A stretch of 64,000 bases of DNA from a virus (taxonomy: Duplodnaviria > Caudoviricetes), in the IMG/VR virus record IMGVR_UViG_3300028833_000067, positions 32,001 to 96,000 of that record, one strand, 5' to 3'. Positions 57,220 through 64,000 of this stretch are shown piece by piece. A model generated the notes under the pieces. The model searched no databases and was not told the origin of the DNA. It saw only the letters and a list, made by a program, of their open reading frames with translations. Made by a program: the position numbers and the translations under genes. Within the stretch, counting starts at the first letter, position 1. Every line of letters starts with the position of its first letter.

Positions 57220-57423
57220 GGTACAAAGGTTTCAAGGGGCTTATCCTTAAAACCCCTTTCCAGATAGCGGTCTAAATTGAATGTGTCACGACCCAAAAAA
57301 CATGGAACATTCATCCGAGCCGTAGGATAGACAATTCGGCACATTCCTGCCTCCAATAAAGAGGCAGGCTTTTTTATATAAATAAAATTGGATGTTAGAC
57401 ATCCAATAAATAAATCCTTCGGA

Positions 57424-57750
57424 CTATATCCGAAGGATTCTTTTTATATTATCACAGAAAGTATCCCACCATGTCTTTTCATATTTATAAAAAGTATCAA
57501 CAAAAATGCGATAAATCGGATAAGTAATATCCGGATGTTTAGGATTAAATTTAATAAGCCAAAGTTCTTGCTCTCGTTTATCATTAGAATACGTCCAAGC
57601 CATAGGATGCCATTCTGTTTTCCCTAATTCATGCACAGAATTAAGAATAGTTTTATCTGATAAGTTCCCATTATATTCTATGCCGCCATAAATAATTTCA
57701 CCAGAACCAATTTTAGAGTATATAAGGCGTTTTACTTTAATTACTTTCAC
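57424..57750 (-). CDS. Hypothetical, 108 aa, ends in TAG
   Basis: TAG lies in the loop of the AATCCTTCGGA/TCCGAAGGATT hairpin. Confidence 0.65.
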   Translation of the reverse strand: MKVIKVKRLIYSKIGSGEIIYGGIEYNGNLSDKTILNSVHELGKTEWHPMAWTYSNDKREQELWLIKFNPKHPDITYPIYRIFVDTFYKYEKTWWDTFCDNIKRILRI

Positions 57751-58112
57751 GTTCCCAACACCTGCCTATATGCTATTTCCCAAGCCATATGTAATGCATC
57801 ATGACTTGTCAATTGCTGAGTTTTTCCTGTATAATGCACCAGAAGAGCATTATTTATTTGCTTATATTGTCTTAAATCATCATCGTATGCGGCAACAAGA
57901 TTCAGAATACGTTTCTGATAAGTTTCAATCTCTTGAAGTTCTATATTCTTATCCGACCCATCAGGGAGCATTTCTGTGCTTCCCTTGCATACAATAATCT
58001 TATGGCAGTAAGTTATCATTCTTTGCCTATGCTTGCACAAATTATCTAACAGCCCTTTCATATGGATATCTTCACCGCTCCAAGTATCAGTCTCTTTTTT
58101 CCTTCCAAACAT
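57747..58112 (-). CDS. Hypothetical, 121 aa
   Basis: AAGGAG RBS; minus-strand promoter next to palindrome 58179. Confidence 0.7.
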   Translation of the reverse strand: MFGRKKETDTWSGEDIHMKGLLDNLCKHRQRMITYCHKIIVCKGSTEMLPDGSDKNIELQEIETYQKRILNLVAAYDDDLRQYKQINNALLVHYTGKTQQLTSHDALHMAWEIAYRQVLGT

Positions 58113-58213
58113 ATCTTCATCTCCTTTCCGATTACATACATATTATATCAAAATTAAATAAATAGTCAATAAATTTATTTAGATGTATTACATCCAATTC
58201 CTAAAAGGAGGGA

Positions 58214-58822
58214 TTAGTCCCTACCTTCCGCAATTGCACGAAACATTTCTTTATTGGCAAAAGTATCACACAGTTCATAATAGGTCTCTTCATCAACATA
58301 AAACCATTCTTCTGTATTCTGTGCCACAGCATAGGCATGTTCTGCAATATACTCATGACAGCGTTCTTCAGAATATCTATCTGATTCTTCTGCAGTTAAA
58401 TAAATATTATTATGATAAATCATAGGATTATGACGCACATAGGTCTTAATACGCGCACCAATATCATCAGCCATCCCGACCTTTACACAATAATATTTAT
58501 GATCATCCGGAGTGATGCCAATCATACCAACAAAATACAAGCCTTGCTTATGCGTATCACAATCTACATATGGTATTTTTAATTCGCCCAAACCATAAAC
58601 CGTTTTCTTATAGCCGCCATTATAATGAACACCATTAGCATCATAAGTGTAATATTTTTCTAATGCTCTGCGACAGTTACTATCAAGTGGACGACGAAAA
58701 TCTTGAAAAATTGCATCTAATGCAGTTTGAGAAAGTCCCTCTTCATCTGAAAAGCAATCACACATTTCTTTCCAATGATAGGTATTAATGCGTTCAGCAA
58801 TTTTTTCTTCATAAACAGACAT
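58214..58822 (-). CDS. GIY-YIG/T5orf172-like domain protein, 202 aa
   Basis: GLYFVG...VKVG...R...E...H...EWF; shared cassette leader upstream. Confidence 0.7.
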   Translation of the reverse strand: MSVYEEKIAERINTYHWKEMCDCFSDEEGLSQTALDAIFQDFRRPLDSNCRRALEKYYTYDANGVHYNGGYKKTVYGLGELKIPYVDCDTHKQGLYFVGMIGITPDDHKYYCVKVGMADDIGARIKTYVRHNPMIYHNNIYLTAEESDRYSEERCHEYIAEHAYAVAQNTEEWFYVDEETYYELCDTFANKEMFRAIAEGRD

Positions 58823-58929
58823 AATAAAATTCCTTTCTGGTTTATCAGTGTTTTCCTTCACTTCGTAGATAGAGTATAGCATAAAAAAGAATAAATGTCA
58901 AATCAAATTTTTGGATGTATAACATCCAA

Positions 58930-59746
58930 GTCAAGTACTTGACAAATTCCCTAAAATGTGCTTATCCCTTGTATACAGTATACTGTATCCAGTATTTTTA
59001 TATGGCCACTTCTGGCATAAGCATCTTGCCGCTGTCAAGTACTTGACAAGCCGCCGCGTTAAGCTATAAGCTGCATCTATAAGCTGGAAAATTTCGTGTC
59101 AAGTATTTGACATAAGCTGGATAAGCTGGGTTATAGAAGCTGCTGTCAAGTATGTATACTGGATACATGTTTAAGCTGGAAAATTGAATTTCAATTTTAA
59201 TTGAATATGAATGTTCGTATAGGTGCCTCATTCGTTTTACGCTAACGAAAAATCCTATTGCGCAAGGCAACGCTATTCTCGATGTTATCGAGAACTCAGG
59301 AGCTGTGCGCGATAGGATTTTTCGTCGTTGCCATTTTTTGGGGCTAATTTCCTCGCGGCCAATTTTTGCCTCAAAAAATAGGCGCCGCCGCGCGAATCCC
59401 CTTTTTTATTATATCCAATTTTTTCTCTATTTATGCCTGAAAAGGGGTATTAGCGTGAACAGTAGGAAAAAGCTTGACTTCCTGTTATCCAAAGAGGTAG
59501 CATTTTAAGCTGCTTAAAATAATATCATAGCGTGGCAATGCGCAAGCCATTCTACCGTCTTATCCCCCACTTCCGACGGATTTGATATATATATACTATT
59601 TCCGTCAGATAAGGGGGATTCGACGTAGAATCCTATTGCGCAATACCACAGAGTTGGTTAAAATAAGCTGGTCAATGTACTAGGTAGCGGGATGGGAAAA
59701 TCATCGAGAAATCTAACATTTGACTATTACAGTCAAGTATTTGACA
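58930..59746. repeat. Non-coding region with GTCAAGTAYTTGAC palindromes (4x), AATCCTATTGCGCA (3x) and AAGCTG repeats
   Basis: Palindromes at 58930, 59034, 59098, 59732. 14-mer at 59251 and 59629, inverted with one mismatch at 59306. Confidence 0.8.
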
Positions 59747-60062
59747 ACCAAATATTTCATATGTTATAATGGTTTTAGAAAGAAAATATTAAGGAATTTT
59801 TAATATTTGACAATATTATTTTGTCGAGCTTAAAATAATTTATTTCTTGACAAAAGCTGGAAATCGGGCACTCCCACATATTCAACTCCTCCCTTCTCTC
59901 CGTTCCCGATGCGCATCGGGGAGTAAGAGTATAGAGGTGCTCGTCGGGCCCAGAGATTCCCTATCTTTCCATCCTTTCCCTCTCTTTTTTCTGAGTTAGA
60001 GGTACCCGTTTCTAATATTTTAGAAAGATTTAAACCGCGCGTACGCTGGAGGTGAGCGTAAG

Positions 60063-60278
60063 TTGAAACAAGAAATAATTAAAGCACTTCGATATTTTCA
60101 CAGCCCCGATGGCCCGAATATTAGTATTAGTACGCTGAGTTTGTATTGCGGCGTTCCTAGTAGTACTTTGCGCGATTACTTAAGTGGGAAATGTACGCCA
60201 AGAGAACCCAATAAGTCAATAATGGAGAAGGGGCTTAGTGATATGTTAAGGGAGATGTTGACGGAATGGCATATATAA
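60063..60278 (+). CDS. XRE/Cro-like HTH protein, 71 aa
   Basis: ISISTLSLYCGVPSSTLRDYLSGKCTP; GGAGG RBS, TTG start. Confidence 0.75.
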   Translation: MKQEIIKALRYFHSPDGPNISISTLSLYCGVPSSTLRDYLSGKCTPREPNKSIMEKGLSDMLREMLTEWHI

Positions 60279-60499
60279 TTGGTGAGTATGATAGGTATAG
60301 GAAATGGGATAGGGAGCATGCACAATATGTGTTTTGCGTTAATGATAAGTGGTCGGCTATTTATAGGGTAGGAATGGAATGGGGCTTGCCGCAAGTAGAA
60401 TAGCGGCTGGAAGATAATAGTAGTTTGAGTACGTATTATGTGTATGAGAGGCTGGAAGATGCTATGGAGTATGTGAAGCTACTTAAGAGATTGAATTGA
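60266..60499 (+). CDS. Hypothetical, 77 aa (one TAG=Gln)
   Basis: Open from MAYIIGEY to TGA 60499 with one TAG. Confidence 0.6.
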
Positions 60500-60510
60500 T
60501 GGGTGAAAGT

Positions 60511-62163
60511 ATGAGATAGCATGAGGAAGTTAAGGAATTTGCCGCGAATGATATTATAGAGCTTGTGCGCAAGACGGATTTATCGGATATGAATACGTTT
60601 TTGGTACTCAATGGAGGTACTGGGGTTGGTAAGACTACGGCTATTATGAATAGTGTGCTTGAAGTGCTAGATTAGAAATGCCGCGGGCCGCAAACTATGC
60701 TTGTTGTGGAGAGTAGGAGTATTACGGTGGAGCAGCTGCGGCATAGGTATGGAGAGACAGATGTTTGTTAGAGAATGGGATTCGCAAACATGATAAAGCG
60801 CGGCAATGTTGATTACAATTGGGTTGTGATTGATGAGTGTCATGGGCTGTTTAGTGAGGCTAGCTTTGCGGAAGATACTACTATTATTGGGGAATGGATT
60901 AGGAGCGGCCGCACCTATTAGCATATAATATTTATTACGGCAAATGATGAGTACTTTGAGGAGCTATCGAAGTAGTTTTTTGCGGAAGAGTGTAATTTTA
61001 TTTATTTGTTTCCGGACTTTACTAAGTATGTTAGTAATACGTATGTGAAGGAGATATAGTTTATTAAGACTAGGAATACGAATAGTACGCTTAGTTATTT
61101 TATATAGTAGGAAGAAGGTAAGCGCGGTATTATATTTTTGAAGAGCGCGAGTAAGGTTAAGGATTGGTACTTTCGCTTGATTGATTAGAAGAAATAGGTT
61201 GCGATGCTTGTTTCGCGCGCGAACTAGACATCACTCGCGCTTAGTACTGAATAGGCAAATATTGCGGCGAAAGACTTGCTATTGGATTTAAGCGGCGGCG
61301 AAAGCGGCCTTACACTAGCTGATTTATAGGTGATGGCGGATAAATAGAGAATTGCTGAAGGCAAGGAATCGCTATTTGAAGCATTGGAGAACGAGCACTT
61401 ACCTGATGATATTTCAATTTTAATCGTAACGGATACGCTATAGGAAGGTATGAGTCTCACATTTCCCAAAATTGATTATATGATTATAGATGGGTATGGG
61501 GAAGTGGAAATTAGATAGAAGGTTGGGCGCTTTCGCGGCAACCTTGACTAGCTTTTTATTATATTTAATCCTAATAATGCGATGCGGGATTTTCAAATCC
61601 AATCCGATATGTTTGCGTATTATAGGAAGTTATAGGCAGATGGAGATTAGATTGAGCTGGCGAAGTAGTATGGTTTAATGAAGGGCGCACGCTTTAAGAT
61701 TAGATATATAGTAGAAAGGCAATTTCAAAATGGAACCAAATAGTATGAAGTGAATGAGTAGGCATATTTACACCTCCTGAAAGACCACCGGGACTACTTA
61801 AAGCTAATTTCAAATCCAGAAACCGCTGTATAGGAGATGTATTCATATTTGGGCGCCAGTCCTAAAATGCTAGCCCCCAATGAAGTTCGGATTTCAAATT
61901 AGAAAGACGCACTATTGGAGATTGTGGAAAGGTGGCGCGGCGTTCCCTTAAAGGGCCCCGCCTAGGAAGCATTGATATAGGATTTTGAGAGTATGGATAT
62001 TAGAGATAAGAATTATAGAAAAATAACGTCATTACGAGGATGTACCACATTACTCGCCGAAGCGGGAATTACCGTTGTAGAAAGATAGGCTACACTTAAA
62101 GATGTGGAATAGTGGCCGCAATATCTAAGTAAGGTGAGAGAAAAGTATAGGTGCATCGTTTAA
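60511..62163 (+). CDS. SF2 DExH helicase, 550 aa (TAG=Gln)
   Basis: Absent from the track. GGTGVGKTT, VIDECH, FITA, TDTLQEG, motif VI QKVGRFR. Confidence 0.9.
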
Positions 62164-62214
62164 TATATGGTACTTAGAGGCGCGAGCCTCCTAGGTATAC
62201 TCTTAATTACATCC

Positions 62215-62240
62215 GGGAGCCGAAAGGCTCCCACTTTTTT
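62215..62240 (+). terminator. Intrinsic terminator
   Basis: GGGAGCC-GAAA-GGCTCCC followed by ACTTTTTT. Confidence 0.8.
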
Positions 62241-62384
62241 ATTTGACAATTGGCTCAATTTTTGTTATATTATAATTGATGAAAAATAATAGGATTTAAA
62301 AAAGTTATAATAAAAAATATTTTTTAGAAGAAAATATACAGAGTCTGTCATTCTTATAACACAAATAATATGGAGGTGATAGTG

Positions 62385-62681
62385 ATGGCTCAATTTAATA
62401 ATCAATCAACCGTTAATATTAACAAAACATATGCATGGCTTGATTTTGAAGATACAATAAATGCTTGTCGCACTCTTAATGGCGCCGCATTTAAAGTCTA
62501 TGTATATCTTTCTTCATATACTGGCGGTGAAGTCATTGATTTTTCGCCGCAAGCAGTAGGAGAAGAATTAGGTATTGGCATTTCAACTGCACGCAATGCA
62601 TTTAATGAATTGGCGCGAGAAGGATATCTTGAAAAAATAGCAGATAAAACTTATACTTTTACGGGGCGCCAAAAACTATAA
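62385..62681 (+). CDS. Winged-HTH protein (initiator-like), 98 aa
   Basis: AFKVYVYL...SPQAVGEELGIGISTARNAFNELAREGYL. Confidence 0.75.
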   Translation: MAQFNNQSTVNINKTYAWLDFEDTINACRTLNGAAFKVYVYLSSYTGGEVIDFSPQAVGEELGIGISTARNAFNELAREGYLEKIADKTYTFTGRQKL

Positions 62682-62702
62682 TAACTTTTACAAATTATGC
62701 GC

Positions 62703-62739
62703 AATTTTACAAAACTTGTAGAATTTTACAAAACTTGTA
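62703..62739. repeat. Tandem 18-bp repeat AATTTTACAAAACTTGTA x2 followed by an AT-rich tract
   Basis: Read directly. Confidence 0.8.
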
Positions 62740-62866
62740 AAAATTTGACAAGTTAGATTAAAAAAATTACAAGTTAGCTACTACAATAATAATAAATAAT
62801 ATATAATAATGTAATAATAATTTAAATAATAATATTTTCGCGCCCGTCGGCGCGGGAGGAAAATCA

Positions 62867-63088
62867 ATGAAATTATATTCTGTATTTATGACTTGGGCGG
62901 CCGCGAGATTATGCAACTCAGGTTTCCCGATACTCCATATGGGACGAAATCAAAAGAATCCCAAATATATGGTGTATCAATTTGAAGATACACCACAATT
63001 ACGCGAGGCTTTTGCCGCGATATTAGCAGATGAGGTGGACAACCATGGCAGAGAAAGAACAAAAGAAAATGTGGATAGACCGACATGA
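62867..63088 (+). CDS. Small hypothetical (DUF5659-like), 73 aa
   Basis: GGAGG RBS; A..L...GF.....N.KNP...VY.FE pattern. Confidence 0.55.
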   Translation: MKLYSVFMTWAAARLCNSGFPILHMGRNQKNPKYMVYQFEDTPQLREAFAAILADEVDNHGRERTKENVDRPT

Positions 63089-63518
63089 CCCTGGTCCAGC
63101 CAATTATATTAAGATAGGAGATGTAGATTTTTTTAGCGCATATAATCGTTTGACTTATGTAGGAGTAGGGGTTTATGCCTACATATGTTGCCAAGTACCT
63201 AATAGTTATGATGGTAAGAAGAATGTAAAGAATAATCGCCCGCGGCCGTTCGAGCTTTCGCCGCAGGCAATAGCTAACTTTACTGGTATGCCTTATTCTT
63301 CCGCGAAAAAAGGTATTGATGATTTAGTAAATAGCGGTTATATTTATTGCTTAGACCCAAAATTACATTTATATCAATTTATTGATGTACTACCAGAAGA
63401 TAAAGGACAAACAATGGCAGAACATGAATTAGTAAAAGAATATAACTTAGAAGATAGTTTGGCGCAGTTGCAGCAGAAGCGCGATGAGCAATTGCATGAA
63501 ATTGCAAAAAGAATGTGA
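63045..63518 (+). CDS. Winged-HTH protein, 157 aa
   Basis: LSPQAIANFTGMPYSSAKKGIDDLVNSGYI; similar to 62385-62681. Confidence 0.75.
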   Translation: MAEKEQKKMWIDRHDPGPANYIKIGDVDFFSAYNRLTYVGVGVYAYICCQVPNSYDGKKNVKNNRPRPFELSPQAIANFTGMPYSSAKKGIDDLVNSGYIYCLDPKLHLYQFIDVLPEDKGQTMAEHELVKEYNLEDSLAQLQQKRDEQLHEIAKRM

Positions 63519-63530
63519 GGTGTATTTATT

Positions 63531-64000
63531 ATGGAAGAAAAGAAATATACAATTTATAAATTTACTTTTTCTGATGGAAAAGTTTATATAGGATAGACAA
63601 GTTAGCCAGTAGAAGATAGATGGAATCACGGTGAAGGTTATAAAGGACAAGAAGTATATGTACCTATTATATTAGATGGGTGGAATAATGTATAGAAAGA
63701 AATCTTACATACGGGATTAACATCTGAATAGGCAGATAAGTTAGAAAAATATTATATTAAAAAATTCAATAGCCAAGTCCAAGGTTACAATAGGACTGAG
63801 GGTGGAAAAAAGGCCACCAAAACTCGAAGTATAACTCCAATCATTAGTTTTGAACGAATGATAGAATTAGAAAAAACTATTATAGAAAAATTACCAATGC
63901 TGATAAGTAATTCTCCTAATAAAATACTAACTTTTAAAGAATTGCGTGAACTGGCAGAAACAAAGCCATTAGAACAAGTAATTTATTAGAGTCATATGCT
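63531..64000 (+). CDS. GIY-YIG endonuclease, truncated at window edge (TAG=Gln)
   Basis: TIYKF...KVYIGQT...RW...EKYYI...GYN..GG. Confidence 0.85.

Larger units (their letters stand above)
36824..58929. repeat. Dispersed family of 40 palindromic sites TTRGATGT-N3-ACATCYAA
   Basis: Starts: 36824, 37347, 37768, 38032, 38356, 38639, 38910, 39275, 39709, 39992, 40363, 40733, 41115, 41468, 41835, 42245, 42656, 43041, 43426, 43721, 44287, 44708, 45149, 45851, 46863, 47540, 48390, 48955, 49259, 50387, 52100, 53011, 53668, 54337, 54894, 55781, 56485, 57388, 58179, 58911. Confidence 0.95.

Noticed and set aside
37347-57627. Track ORFs starting MDVxHP / MYNIQ and long antisense ORFs (e.g. 49246-50370, 52280-52993, 47725-48348, 56539-57159)
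   Set aside because: They arise from ATG/TTG inside the palindrome or are shadows of real genes, and they lack an RBS.
36824-58929. CRISPR array
   Set aside because: The repeat is 19 bp, the intervals are about 260-1700 bp and contain promoters and genes, and there are no cas genes.
36824-58929. Classical integron (attC) array
   Set aside because: No integrase in the window, no attC R/L box structure, and the cassettes carry their own promoters.
36824-58929. Palindrome as FokI (GGATG) decoy sites
   Set aside because: Many arms are AGATG/CATCT, and the fixed distance to -35 points to a transcriptional role.
59610-59645. tmRNA- or tRNA-like GGGGGATTCGAC
   Set aside because: No acceptor stem, T-arm/CCA end or tag ORF found nearby.

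Overview
The window is part of a large tailed phage genome, probably infecting Firmicutes (sigma-A promoters, GGAGG RBSs, SPbeta-like head/tail gene order). It has three zones. (1) 1-35.4 kb, minus strand: a virion morphogenesis operon. The ORF track fragments it because TAG is read as Gln. Read that way it gives terminase, portal, protease/scaffold, capsid, head-tail genes, two tail-tube paralogues, an uninterrupted 5227-aa tape measure protein, a Dit-like protein and a Tal-like protein. (2) 35.5-59.9 kb: an orphan gene and a cluster of 8 DnaA boxes, then an array of about 40 small expression cassettes in the standard code. Nearly every cassette follows one template: a 19-bp palindrome TTRGATGT-N3-ACATCYAA, about 9 bp gap, sigma-A promoter, often a shared leader, a small ORF or ORF-less structured RNA, and a terminator hairpin. 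Two cassettes carry paralogous ~290-nt GC-rich RNAs with compensatory base changes. (3) 60-64 kb, plus strand: HTH proteins, an SF2 helicase and a GIY-YIG nuclease; the helicase, the nuclease and one small gene again need TAG=Gln. I found no tRNA, CRISPR array or integrase. All functional calls come from motifs and synteny read by eye; no database search was run.
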